Numbered from the stretch's first letter, positions 54,955 through 64,000 are shown. The stretch: DNA of 64,000 nt from an uncultured Actinomycetes bacterium (GCA_963742735.1 CAVUMN010000004.1:832001-896000), one strand, 5' to 3'. Made by a program: numbers and translations. Notes: a model not told the origin generated them from the sequence alone.

Positions 54955-55529
54955 CGAACGGACGCGTGCGCGCTCCCGGCCGCCGCGCCGGCGGGGGACA
55001 GGCGATGAAGGAGGCCGCGTCCGGCGTATCCGGCAACGGGGCCGACGCGAAGCCCGAGCCCGCGAAGTCCCCGGCGCCCCGCGCCGGGCGCCTGAAGGAG
55101 TTCGTCGTCGCAAACGCCCGCGCCCTGATCGCCGTGGGGCTGATCGGGATGGGGATCGTGATCGTGCTGCTCGGCTGGTACGGAACGGCCTACACGAACA
55201 TCCTCACCGAGCAGATCCCGTACTTGGTGTCGGGGGGGCTGCTCGGGCTCGGCCTGATCATCGTCGGCGGGCTGCTGGCGGTCTCGGCCATCCAGTCCCG
55301 CGAGCTCCACGAGATGCGCAGCGACCTGGTCCGCATGGCCCTCTCGCGCGGCGAGGCGGGCGGCGCCAAGGCCGGCCCGGCCGACGGCCAGGTCTACGTG
55401 GTTCCGGGCGGACGCAGCTTCCACGTGGCGGGGTGCCCGCTGCTGGAGGGGAAGGACGGCGAGGCGTACGCGCCGTCGCGGGCCCGAGACGCCGGGTACG
55501 CCGCCTGCAAGCTCTGCGGGCCCGAGTAG
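54951..55529 (+). CDS. Two-TM membrane protein with C-terminal H-x3-C...C-x2-C putative Zn site
   Basis: LLGWYG..EQIPYLVSGGLLGLGL, FHVAGCP..GYAACKLC. ATGA overlap start. Confidence 0.78.
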   Translation: MTNGRVRAPGRRAGGGQAMKEAASGVSGNGADAKPEPAKSPAPRAGRLKEFVVANARALIAVGLIGMGIVIVLLGWYGTAYTNILTEQIPYLVSGGLLGLGLIIVGGLLAVSAIQSRELHEMRSDLVRMALSRGEAGGAKAGPADGQVYVVPGGRSFHVAGCPLLEGKDGEAYAPSRARDAGYAACKLCGPE

Positions 55530-55536
55530 ACCCCAC

Positions 55537-57453
55537 GTGGAGATCTTCTTCCGGACCCTGTTCATCGGGGTCGTCGCCGGAAGCGTCTACGCCCTCGCGT
55601 CCACCGGCCTGGTCCTGACCTACCGGACCTCCGGCGTCCTGAACCTCGGGTACGGGGCGCTGGCCTTGCTCATGTCGTTCGTCCACTGGCAGCTCGGCGT
55701 GGTGTGGGGCTGGCCGCTGTGGCTGTCGGCGCTCGTGGTCATCCTGGTGGTTGCACCCATCGTCGGGGTGTTGCTGGACCTCGCCATGTTCCGGCGGCTG
55801 GCCGGCCAGCCGCCGGTGATCCTGATCATCTGCACGGTCGGCCTGTGGGTGCTGCTGCAGGGCATCGTGGTGTTCGTGTGGGGCTCGGAGACCGAAACGG
55901 TGCCCTCCCTGTTCCCCACGGAGACCGTCGGCGTGTTCGGCGCGCGCATCGGCGTGGACCAGATCGCGATCCTGGTCATCGCCCTGGGGGCGGCGGCGAC
56001 GCTGGCCGCGTTCCTCCGGTTCACCAAATGGGGGATCGCCCTGCGGGCGGTGGTCGACAACCGCGAGGTGGCGGGCCTGATGGGCATCAACTCGGGCCTG
56101 GTCTCCGCCGGCTCGTGGGCCCTGGGGACCTCCTTCGCGGCGATGACCGGGGTGCTGCTCACTCCGCAGCTGCTGCTCGATCCGAACTTCCTGCCGCCGT
56201 TCATCATCTCCTTCGTCCTGGGGGCGGCGATCGTGGGCTACCTGCGCAGCCTCGCCCTGGCCTTCGCGGGCGGCATCCTGCTCGGGCTCATCCAGGCGTT
56301 CCTGATCCAGTACGGGACGTTCAGCGGAATCCTCGGCAGCGTCACGCGCATCGCCCCCTTCCTGGTCCTCGCCGTGCTGATCCTGTTCGCCCCGCGGAGC
56401 GTTCGCCGGGCGGGCACGGGGACGTCGTTCGTGGTGCGGATCCGGGAGGTCGCCGACAAGGCACCGGCGGGCGCGGCGATGGCCGTGGGCGCGGCCGTCT
56501 TCGTCGCGTTGGCCTTGCTGCCGCTCCTGGTCGGCGGCTCGGTGTCGTGGCTGCTCGCGGTGACCGCCGGGCTGGTCAACGCGATCGTGTTCCTGTCGCT
56601 GGTGATCCTCACCGGCTACTCGGGACAGATCTCGCTCGGGCACACCGCGTTCATGGGGATCGCCGCGTTTACCACGGCCCACCTGGTGTCGGGCGCGGGG
56701 CTGCCGGTGTGGGTGGCGTTCGCGCTGGGCGCGCTGGCCGCGGTCCCGGCCGGAGCCCTGGTCGGGCTCATCGCGGTCCGGCTGCACGGGCTGTTCCTGG
56801 CACTGATGACGCTGGCCTTCGCCTTCGTGATCCAGGAGCTGTTCTTCAACAAGCCGTCGGTCTCGGGGATCGAGGGGAGCGTCGTGGTGCCGCGGCCTCC
56901 CGGCGCCGAGAGCAACGTGGCGTTCTACTACCTCGTGGTGGCGGTGCTGGCGGCGTGCGCGCTGCTGGCGGTGAGCCTGCGGACCGGGCGGACCGGCCGG
57001 GTCCTGGCGGCGATGCGGGACAGCGAGACCGCCACGCGGGCCCTGGGGATCAACGTCGTGAAGTACAAGGCGATCATCTTCGGGCTCTCGGCCTTCATGG
57101 GAGCCATCGGCGGCATCCTGTTCGCGATGATCCGCCAGGCCGCCGACCGCCTGGACTTCCTGCCGTTCTACTCGCTGATCTACGTGACGCTGGCGGTGAT
57201 CGGCGGGCTCTTCCACGTGGGCGGGGCCATCGTGGCCGGCCTGCTGTTCGGCCTATACCCGAAGCTGTTCGGGCAGAACGAGCTGATGCTCGACATCCAG
57301 CTGATCCTGTTCGGCGTCGGCGCGACGCTGGCGCTCGCCCGCGAGCCGGAGGGGATGTACGGCGAGCTCCGCCGCGGGGGAGCCAAGCTCCTCGCCATCG
57401 TGCGACGCGACCGGACACCCGCGGCCGCCGAGACGGCGAAGGAGGCCGGATGA
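55537..57453 (+). CDS. ABC transporter permease, fused LivH+LivM type
   Basis: GSVYALASTGLVLTYRTSGVLNL; second domain GYSGQISLGHTAFMG, GLFLALMTLAF, AMRDSE. Confidence 0.93.
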   Translation: MEIFFRTLFIGVVAGSVYALASTGLVLTYRTSGVLNLGYGALALLMSFVHWQLGVVWGWPLWLSALVVILVVAPIVGVLLDLAMFRRLAGQPPVILIICTVGLWVLLQGIVVFVWGSETETVPSLFPTETVGVFGARIGVDQIAILVIALGAAATLAAFLRFTKWGIALRAVVDNREVAGLMGINSGLVSAGSWALGTSFAAMTGVLLTPQLLLDPNFLPPFIISFVLGAAIVGYLRSLALAFAGGILLGLIQAFLIQYGTFSGILGSVTRIAPFLVLAVLILFAPRSVRRAGTGTSFVVRIREVADKAPAGAAMAVGAAVFVALALLPLLVGGSVSWLLAVTAGLVNAIVFLSLVILTGYSGQISLGHTAFMGIAAFTTAHLVSGAGLPVWVAFALGALAAVPAGALVGLIAVRLHGLFLALMTLAFAFVIQELFFNKPSVSGIEGSVVVPRPPGAESNVAFYYLVVAVLAACALLAVSLRTGRTGRVLAAMRDSETATRALGINVVKYKAIIFGLSAFMGAIGGILFAMIRQAADRLDFLPFYSLIYVTLAVIGGLFHVGGAIVAGLLFGLYPKLFGQNELMLDIQLILFGVGATLALAREPEGMYGELRRGGAKLLAIVRRDRTPAAAETAKEAG

Positions 57454-58250
57454 GGGAGCTACGCGCCGAGGACGTGACGGTTCGATTCGGGGGCCTGCTC
57501 GCCGTGACCGAGGTGTCGCTCGCCGTCCCGGTGGGCGGCTTCGTCGGCCTGATCGGGCCGAACGGCGCCGGCAAGACCACGCTGTTCAACGCGATCAACG
57601 GGTTCCTCGCGCCCACCTCGGGCCGGATCCACTTCGGCGACCTGGACATGACCGACCTCCCCACGTGGCGGCGGGCCCGGCTGGGGATCGGCCGGACGTT
57701 CCAGAAGCTCGAGCTGTTCGGGCGCATGACGGTCTTCGACAACCTGCTCTCCGCGGCGGAGGCGGGGACCAGCCGGCTCGACGTCGCCTCCGACCTGCTC
57801 CACCTGCCCCGCCGCCGGAGGGAGGAGCGCAAGTGCGCGTCGATCGCCGAGGAGTTCATGGACCTGCTGGACCTTGGGTGGGCTCGCGACCGCCTCGCCG
57901 GCGAGCTCCCCGTCGGAACGGCCCGGCTGGTCGAGCTGGGGCGGGCCCTGTGCGGAGGATCGCAGGTGCTCCTGCTGGACGAGCCGTCCTCGGGACTGGA
58001 TTCCTCGGAGACCAAGGCCTTCGGGAGGCTGCTGACCGTGCTCAACCAGGAGCGGGGGATCGGGATCCTGCTGGTCGAGCACGACATGGACCTGGTGCTC
58101 GACGTCTGCAAGGAGGTCTACGTGCTGGACTTCGGGCGGCTCATCGCCCAGGGGCCTCCCGCCGGGCTGATCTCGGACCCGGCGGTGCGCGCCGCCTATC
58201 TCGGGGAGGAGGACCGTGGCGCGAGCGCTGCTCAAGCTTCGGGGCGTTGA
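57450..58250 (+). CDS. ABC transporter ATP-binding protein (LivG type)
   Basis: GPNGAGKTT, RTFQ, LLLDEPSSG, LVEHDM, AYLG. Confidence 0.95.
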   Translation: MRELRAEDVTVRFGGLLAVTEVSLAVPVGGFVGLIGPNGAGKTTLFNAINGFLAPTSGRIHFGDLDMTDLPTWRRARLGIGRTFQKLELFGRMTVFDNLLSAAEAGTSRLDVASDLLHLPRRRREERKCASIAEEFMDLLDLGWARDRLAGELPVGTARLVELGRALCGGSQVLLLDEPSSGLDSSETKAFGRLLTVLNQERGIGILLVEHDMDLVLDVCKEVYVLDFGRLIAQGPPAGLISDPAVRAAYLGEEDRGASAAQASGR

Positions 58251-59019
58251 GGCCCGCTACGGCCGCTTCGTCGCGCTCCAGGACGTCTCGCTGGTGGTCC
58301 CCGAGGGGGCCGCGGTGGCGCTGCTCGGCCCGAACGGGGCCGGGAAGACCACGCTGCTACGAACGGTGTCGGGGATGCTCGCGCCCTCCCGCGGCGAGAT
58401 CCGGTTCGACGGGGTGCGCATCGACGGGATGCGCGACCACCGAATCGCGCGGATGGGCCTCGCGCACATCCCCGAGGGACGGGGGATCTTCCCGGGGCTG
58501 ACGGTCCGCGAGAACCTGGCCATGGCCGCGAACGCCGGCGACAGCCGGGGCGGCGTCGACCGCGCCCTCGAGCTGTTCCCGGTCCTGGCCGAGCGGCGGG
58601 ACCAGGTGGCGGGGACGCTCTCGGGGGGTGAGCAGCAGATGCTGTCGCTGTCCCGCGCGATCATCGTCCGCCCCCGGCTGCTGCTCCTGGACGAGCTCTC
58701 CCTCGGGCTCGCCCCCCGCCTCGTCACCCACCTGTTCGATACCGTGGCGCGCATCCGCGACGAGGGCGTCTCGATCCTGCTGGTCGAGCAGTACGTGACC
58801 CACGCCCTGCGCCTCGCCGACATCGTCCTGATCATGGCCAAGGGCAAGGTGGCGTTCATCGGCGAGCCCGGCGAGCTGGAGAAGGACGAGCGGCTGGTCG
58901 AGTCCTACCTGGGCCACGCGGGGACGGCGAGCTACGCGATCGCCGAGGCCCCGGCCAAGCCGAAGCGGAAGCGCGCCGCGACCCGCAAGCGCGGCCCCGC
59001 GAAGCGCGCCGCGCGCTAG
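58216..59019 (+). CDS. ABC transporter ATP-binding protein (LivF type)
   Basis: GPNGAGKTT, PEGRGIF, LSGGEQQML, LLLDELSLGLAP; Lys/Arg-rich tail. Confidence 0.95.
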   Translation: MARALLKLRGVEARYGRFVALQDVSLVVPEGAAVALLGPNGAGKTTLLRTVSGMLAPSRGEIRFDGVRIDGMRDHRIARMGLAHIPEGRGIFPGLTVRENLAMAANAGDSRGGVDRALELFPVLAERRDQVAGTLSGGEQQMLSLSRAIIVRPRLLLLDELSLGLAPRLVTHLFDTVARIRDEGVSILLVEQYVTHALRLADIVLIMAKGKVAFIGEPGELEKDERLVESYLGHAGTASYAIAEAPAKPKRKRAATRKRGPAKRAAR

Positions 59020-59828
59020 CGGATCCGCGGCTCGGGGCGCTCGCCCGAACGGAACGACTCCTGGCCCTGCCGCAGCGACTCGGCGTCGTTGCCCATCTTC
59101 ACGAAGGCGAACGCCTGGGCCAGGGCCTGCTGGCGCGGCAGGTCCTGCGCCGCCCAGATGGCTCGCAGCGTTCCCTGGATCGCGAGCGGCGGCTGCTTCG
59201 CGATGGTCTCGGCGACCCACCCCGCCGCCGCGGCCAGCCTCTCGCCGGGGACGACCTCGCTGACCATCCCGACCTCGTAGGCCCGCCGCGCCGACATCCG
59301 CTCGTGGTTGCCGAGCAGCTGCAGCCGGAGGACCTCGCCGAGGGGGAGCCGCTGCAGGATGTGCATCGACTCGAACGACGACGCCATGCCGTAGGTGACG
59401 TGCGGGTCGAAGAACGTCGCGTGCTCGGCGGCGATGATGATGTCGACCTCGCCCAGGAAGTAGAAGGCGCCGCCGCACGCCATGCCGTTGACGGCGCACA
59501 CCACCGGCTTCCACAAGTCGTTGCTCTTCGGCCCGATCAGCGAGCCGGGGTCGTCGAACATGAACGGCCCCGAGCCGGCCGAGCCGACCGCGGAGTCCGC
59601 CGGGGCGGCGTCGAGGATCTCGGAGCGGTCGATGCCGGTGGTGAACGCCTTCCCGCCGGCGCCGGTCAGGACCACCGCGTGCACGTCGTCGTTCCCGCGG
59701 AGGTCCCGCCACAGCCCCTGCAGCTCCCGCTGCATGGCGACGTTGAACGCGTTGTGGACCTCCGGGCGGTTCAGCGTCACCCACGCGACGTGGTTGCGTT
59801 CCTCGTAGAGCAGCGTCTCGAAGCTCAT
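59016..59828 (-). CDS. Crotonase family protein
   Basis: LNRPEVHNAFN, FTTGID, WKPVVCAVNG.ACGG, FFDPHVTYG. ATGA overlap start. Confidence 0.92.
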   Translation of the reverse strand: MSFETLLYEERNHVAWVTLNRPEVHNAFNVAMQRELQGLWRDLRGNDDVHAVVLTGAGGKAFTTGIDRSEILDAAPADSAVGSAGSGPFMFDDPGSLIGPKSNDLWKPVVCAVNGMACGGAFYFLGEVDIIIAAEHATFFDPHVTYGMASSFESMHILQRLPLGEVLRLQLLGNHERMSARRAYEVGMVSEVVPGERLAAAAGWVAETIAKQPPLAIQGTLRAIWAAQDLPRQQALAQAFAFVKMGNDAESLRQGQESFRSGERPEPRIR

Positions 59829-61117
59829 TCGTCCACCACCCTGGCAGGCTTGTACGCCGGACGGGGGAGGGCGCCGGTCTCCACCAGGTCGACCTCGGCC
59901 GGGACGCCCAGACGCTCCTCCAGCAGCCCGGTCACCCGCGCCCGCAGCGTCGCGTTCGGATCCCGCGTCTCGACGCGCACCCGCAGCGCCGACGTGTCGG
60001 GCGAGCGGACCATCTGGAACTCCAGGGCCGGCCGGGTCACCTCCTCGACGTCGTCCAGGGCCTCGGAGACGTCGATCGGCAGCAGGTCGCGGTCGGCGGC
60101 GCGAACCAGGTCCGCGGCGCGGCCGTCCCAGAACCCGCGGGCGTGGGTCTCGCCGCACGGGCACGGCGAGCGGTCCAGGCGGACGACGTCCTGCAGGTCG
60201 TAGCGGAGCATGAAGTTGTCCTTGGTCAGCGTGGTGACGACCTCGGTGCCGCGCTCGCCCTCGCCGACCGGCTCGCCAGTGGCGGGGTCGACGACCTCGA
60301 CGATGGCCTCGTCCTCGCACAGGTGGGAGCCCTGGGAGTGGCCGCAGGAGGACCCCAGGAACGCGAAGCACTCGATGCCGGCCGAGAACGTCCGCCACGG
60401 GATGACCTCCTCGGGCTCGGGCATGCCGAGGTCCTCCCGTGGGTCGAGGCCCATCTCGATGGCGGTGTCCCAGAACAGGTGCCGGGGCGGTCCGAACATC
60501 TCGTAGCCGGTCGGGCGGAGCTCCTTCCACAGGGCGATCGCCCGCTCGGCGTCGGCCTTCGACACGGGCGGGCCGACCGCGACGTTCAGCGCGCCGAACG
60601 CCTCGAGGGCCCCGCCCAGCAGGGCCTGTCCGCCGTACAGGCCGCCCGGGTGGGCATGGGTGATGACGTCACCCGGGCGGTACCCCTGCCGCCAGAACAT
60701 GCGGGCGGCCGCGTCGTGCTCGACGTCGAGGTCGTGCCGGGTGAACAGCATGATCGTGGGCCGGCCCGTGGTTCCGGTGGACGTACCCAGGCGGATGCAC
60801 TGCTCCAGGGGCGCGCCGCGGTAGTCGCCAAGCGGCGGGTTGGCGGCCTCGGACTCGCGCAGCTCGGCCTTGGTGGTGGTCGGCACGCGGCGGAGGTCGT
60901 CGAGGGTCTTCACGTCGTCGGGCCCGACGCCGGCCGCCTCGAGCTTGCGCTTGAAGAACGGGACCGGCTGGTCGAACACGCGGGCCACCAGGTCGCGCAG
61001 CCGGAACTCCTGGGTCGCCACGATCTCCTCGCGGGAGAGCGTCTGGATCTCCGGCCGGTAGAAGTCGCCGGGCGCCGAGATGCCGGCGCCCCAGCCGCGG
61101 TCGGCCGGTCCGCTCAC
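59825..61117 (-). CDS. Phenylacetate-CoA ligase (PaaK) family protein
   Basis: PTTTKAELR, TSTGTTGRP, VTTLTK..MLRYDLQD, CPCG. Confidence 0.9.
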   Translation of the reverse strand: MSGPADRGWGAGISAPGDFYRPEIQTLSREEIVATQEFRLRDLVARVFDQPVPFFKRKLEAAGVGPDDVKTLDDLRRVPTTTKAELRESEAANPPLGDYRGAPLEQCIRLGTSTGTTGRPTIMLFTRHDLDVEHDAAARMFWRQGYRPGDVITHAHPGGLYGGQALLGGALEAFGALNVAVGPPVSKADAERAIALWKELRPTGYEMFGPPRHLFWDTAIEMGLDPREDLGMPEPEEVIPWRTFSAGIECFAFLGSSCGHSQGSHLCEDEAIVEVVDPATGEPVGEGERGTEVVTTLTKDNFMLRYDLQDVVRLDRSPCPCGETHARGFWDGRAADLVRAADRDLLPIDVSEALDDVEEVTRPALEFQMVRSPDTSALRVRVETRDPNATLRARVTGLLEERLGVPAEVDLVETGALPRPAYKPARVVDE

Positions 61118-61124
61118 CCCCCGC

Positions 61125-61562
61125 TCATCCCCGGCTGGGGAGCGCGGCGGTCGCCGTCCCGGTCAGGATGACCTCGTCCTTCTGGTTGGTGACGGCGAGC
61201 TCACAGTCGACGCGGGCCTCGTCGTCGTCCTTGTACTTCTTGGTGACCTTCGCGCCGAACGTGAGGGTGTCGCCCGGGTAGACCTGGCCCTTGAACCGAA
61301 CGCCGTACGCGCGCAGGTTCCCGACGCCGAGCCAGTCGGTCAGGTAGTGGGAGAGCACTCCGGCCGTGAACATGCCGTGGCCGAACACGCTCGGGTAGCC
61401 GACCTTCGTGGCCACGGTGTCGTCGTGGTGCATCGGGTTGAAGTCCCCCGACGCGCCCGCGTACTTCACGAACATCGTTCGGGTGACGCCGTCGACCTTG
61501 AACTCCGGCCCCGCGTCGCCCTCCTCCACGTCCTCGAAATGGGTCTCGCTGCGCTCGTGCAT
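61125..61562 (-). CDS. MaoC/hotdog (R)-hydratase, catalytic subunit
   Basis: YAGASGDFNPMHHD hydratase-2 motif, GHGM. Confidence 0.93.
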   Translation of the reverse strand: MHERSETHFEDVEEGDAGPEFKVDGVTRTMFVKYAGASGDFNPMHHDDTVATKVGYPSVFGHGMFTAGVLSHYLTDWLGVGNLRAYGVRFKGQVYPGDTLTFGAKVTKKYKDDDEARVDCELAVTNQKDEVILTGTATAALPSRG

Positions 61563-61571
61563 CGTGGGCTC

Positions 61572-62009
61572 CTAACTGGCGGCCTTGGCCGTCTCGACGA
61601 GGACGTTGCGGGATACCAGGGCCACGTCGCCGTCCTGGTTGACCCACTCCGTCTCCAGCACCAGGAAGGTCATGGTCCCGCCGCGCTTGCCCTCCTTCTC
61701 GTACACGTCGGCGACCTTCGTCGTGCCGGTGATCGTGTCGCCCGCCTTGATCGGAAGCCGGTACTCGAAGTGCTGCTCGCCGTGGAGGACCCGCAGGTAG
61801 TTGAGGCCCAGGTCCGGCGGCGGCCCGTCGGACTTCCGCGGCCAGAACGCCTGGGTCATCGCGAAGGTCGGCGGCGCGAGCGGCGCGGCGTCCTCCAGGT
61901 ACGCGGGATTGTCGTCCAGGATCGCCGTGGCGAACTCGCGGATCTTCCCCCGCTCGATGGGAACGGTCGTGCTGCCGGTGACGGTCCCCACCATCGACTT
62001 GTCGGCCAT
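61572..62009 (-). CDS. MaoC_dehydrat_N (HadA-like) hotdog subunit
   Basis: IERGKIREFA.A..D.NP.Y, APPTF, LHGEQ.FEY. SD GGAGG. Confidence 0.9.
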   Translation of the reverse strand: MADKSMVGTVTGSTTVPIERGKIREFATAILDDNPAYLEDAAPLAPPTFAMTQAFWPRKSDGPPPDLGLNYLRVLHGEQHFEYRLPIKAGDTITGTTKVADVYEKEGKRGGTMTFLVLETEWVNQDGDVALVSRNVLVETAKAAS

Positions 62010-62073
62010 GCTGCCTCCCTCGAAGATGACTGCCGCCGGAGTCTAACGAGCAACTACTGGAGGCCGAACCCCC

Positions 62074-62868
62074 ATGCCGATCGAGGTCGAGAAGGACGGC
62101 GGCATCACGACGATCACCATCAACCGCCCCGAGCGGCGGAACGCGCTCGACCTTCCGCACTTCGGGGCCCTCGCCAACGCGTGGGTGGAGTTCCGCGACG
62201 ATCCCAGCGCGCGCGTGGCGATCGTCACCGGCGTCGGCGATTCATTCTGCGTGGGCGCAGACCTGAAGAGCTTCGTCCCCATGGTGACGGACAACGTGGA
62301 GGCGCTGGCGTCGGGGACGTCGGATATTCCGGCCGACGCGGGGCTTGTCGCGGTGCTTCGCGAATTCGACCTCTTCAAGCCGGTGATCGCCGCGGTGAAC
62401 GGCGTCTGCGCGGCGGGCGGCATGGAGATGCTGATGGGGACCGACATCCGCGTCGCGTCGGAGAACGCCACGTTCGGGGTGGTCGAGCCCCGGCGCGGGC
62501 TGTTCCCCGGTGGAGGGACGACCGTCAGGCTCCCACGGCAGATCCCGTACCCGTGGGCCATGGAGATCCTGCTCACCGCGGAGCGCGTCGACGCGGAGAC
62601 GGCCTTCCGGATGGGCATCGTGAACAAAGTCGTCGGGACCGGCGAGCTGCTGGCGGAGGCCCGCCGCTACGCCGAGGTCATCCTCGAGAACGCACCGTTG
62701 GCCATCGAGGCCGTGAAGCGCTCGGTGATGACCGCCCTCGGGTTGCCCCTCAAGGAGGCGTTCGCGCAGGAGCTCGAGCTGGCAGCTCAAGTGTTCATGA
62801 CCGAGGACGCCCGGGAGGGACCGCTGGCCTTCGCGGAGAAGCGAAAGCCGCAATGGCAGGGCAAGTAA
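62074..62868 (+). CDS. Enoyl-CoA hydratase (EchA19-like)
   Basis: FCVGADL, AAGGME, VEPRRGLFP, AFAEKRKP. Confidence 0.93.
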   Translation: MPIEVEKDGGITTITINRPERRNALDLPHFGALANAWVEFRDDPSARVAIVTGVGDSFCVGADLKSFVPMVTDNVEALASGTSDIPADAGLVAVLREFDLFKPVIAAVNGVCAAGGMEMLMGTDIRVASENATFGVVEPRRGLFPGGGTTVRLPRQIPYPWAMEILLTAERVDAETAFRMGIVNKVVGTGELLAEARRYAEVILENAPLAIEAVKRSVMTALGLPLKEAFAQELELAAQVFMTEDAREGPLAFAEKRKPQWQGK

Positions 62869-64000
62869 TCCCCGGCGGACCCCTTCGGCTCAACTACTTC
62901 ACGCCCTCCTGGGCGGAGCGGCGGCGCACCTTCATCACCGAGCGGAGCCGCCTCAACTACGCGACGTTCGTCGATCGCTTCGTCGAGCTGTGGGGGGAGC
63001 GGACCGCGTTCGCCCTGGACCACGTCATGGACTACCCGGGCTTCACCGGCGACGTCCTGTCCTACCGGGACCTCGGGCGCCTGGTGAACCGGATGGCGCA
63101 CGCCCTGCGCGAGCTCGGGGTGAAGCGCGGCGACCGGGTCGGCCTGATCACCATGAACCGCATCGAGATGGCGTTCGTGAACTTCGCGGCCGGCAAGCTC
63201 GGCGCGATCCCCGTCCCGATGAACTTCATGCTCAAGCCGAACGAGATCGAGCACATCGTGCAGACGGCCGGGGTCGAGGTGCTGGTCTGCGACCCACTGG
63301 TGTTTGCGATGACCATTCAGCAGACCGCGAACGTCCCGAGCGTGAAGACGTGGGCGATGGTGGGCGAGGAGCCGGCGCCCGAGGGCGTCGTCGCCATCCG
63401 CGACCTGATGGAAGGAGCCCCCGACTTCGTCGAACCCGTCGAGCCCGAGTCGGAGGAGGACGTCGCGTTGCTGTTCTTCACCAGCGGGACGACCGGGTTC
63501 CCGAAGGGCGCGATGATCACGCACGCCGGTTCGATGGTGTTCCCGCGCCAGCACGGCCGGGCGTACGCGCTGAGCCCCAGGGTCTCGAAGCAGCTCTCGC
63601 TGCTGGTGATGCCCGTCGCCCACGCCGGCGGCTACGCCGCGATGATGGCGCAGCTGACCACGGGCACCCCGGCGTTCTTCGTGTCGAAGTTCGACCCGGC
63701 GGGGATCCTGGAGGCGGTCCAGACCTACCGCGCCACATTGATGTCGGGCACGCCCGCCATGTACCGCATGCTCATCGACGCCGGCATCGAGAACTACGAC
63801 CTGAGCTCGATCCGGATCTGGGCCGGCGGCGCCGACGCGTTCACCGACGATCTGATCCGCACCATGCGCTCGCTGGCGGCGCGCACGCTGCCGAACGGCC
63901 GGGTCCGCCGGCCGCTGTTCGTCCGCGGCTACGGGATGGCCGAGAGCAACTCGTACCTGGCGCAGGCGTTGCTCGAGGCGGGCGACAACTGCCTGGGCTG
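62853..64000 (+). CDS. Long-chain acyl-CoA synthetase, 3' end truncated by window edge
   Basis: Not in the ORF track; translated by hand: MAGQVIPGG..GVKRGDRV..GAIPVPMN..FTSGTTGFPKG..GYGMAE. Confidence 0.9.
   Translation, partial: MAGQVIPGGPLRLNYFTPSWAERRRTFITERSRLNYATFVDRFVELWGERTAFALDHVMDYPGFTGDVLSYRDLGRLVNRMAHALRELGVKRGDRVGLITMNRIEMAFVNFAAGKLGAIPVPMNFMLKPNEIEHIVQTAGVEVLVCDPLVFAMTIQQTANVPSVKTWAMVGEEPAPEGVVAIRDLMEGAPDFVEPVEPESEEDVALLFFTSGTTGFPKGAMITHAGSMVFPRQHGRAYALSPRVSKQLSLLVMPVAHAGGYAAMMAQLTTGTPAFFVSKFDPAGILEAVQTYRATLMSGTPAMYRMLIDAGIENYDLSSIRIWAGGADAFTDDLIRTMRSLAARTLPNGRVRRPLFVRGYGMAESNSYLAQALLEAGDNCLG

Noticed and set aside
44883-61117. Phenylacetate (paa) catabolic pathway
   Set aside because: PaaK-, PaaG- and PaaI-like genes occur, but the PaaABCDE epoxidase and PaaZ are absent.
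1-64000. Secondary-metabolite cluster, prophage, rRNA/tRNA or defence system
   Set aside because: No PKS/NRPS/carrier protein, phage, integrase, RNA-gene or nuclease signatures were seen, and intergenic spaces are mostly too short to hold them.

Overview
This is a very GC-rich, gene-dense window, probably from an Actinomycetota genome (inferred from F420-type LLM oxidoreductases, FadE/EchA/Ltp-like families and many apparently leaderless genes). Almost all of it is one large CoA-dependent catabolic island for hydrophobic substrates. It holds 2 cytochromes P450, 5 acyl/aryl-CoA ligases, 6 acyl-CoA dehydrogenases, 4 crotonases, a MaoC pair, 2 true thiolases, 3 Cys-less thiolase-like/DUF35 pairs, 2 CoA-transferases, 3 SDRs, 2 aldehyde dehydrogenases, 2 amidohydrolases and a hydantoinase/oxoprolinase A+B pair carrying apparent indels. 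I found no rRNA, tRNA, CRISPR or mobile element. Strongest novelty candidates: (i) a six-gene LIV-type ABC importer with two extra uncharacterised components; (ii) a CADD-like diiron oxidase + divergent lipoate ligase + LLM operon with no lipoyl carrier, in which an 11-bp tandem repeat between the ligase and LLM genes builds a chain of stop/start micro-ORFs; (iii) an ACAD10/11-like kinase+ACAD pair co-oriented with the ATP-dependent hydantoinase/oxoprolinase. All family calls come from reading motifs by eye, not from database searches. Start codons were refined by hand.
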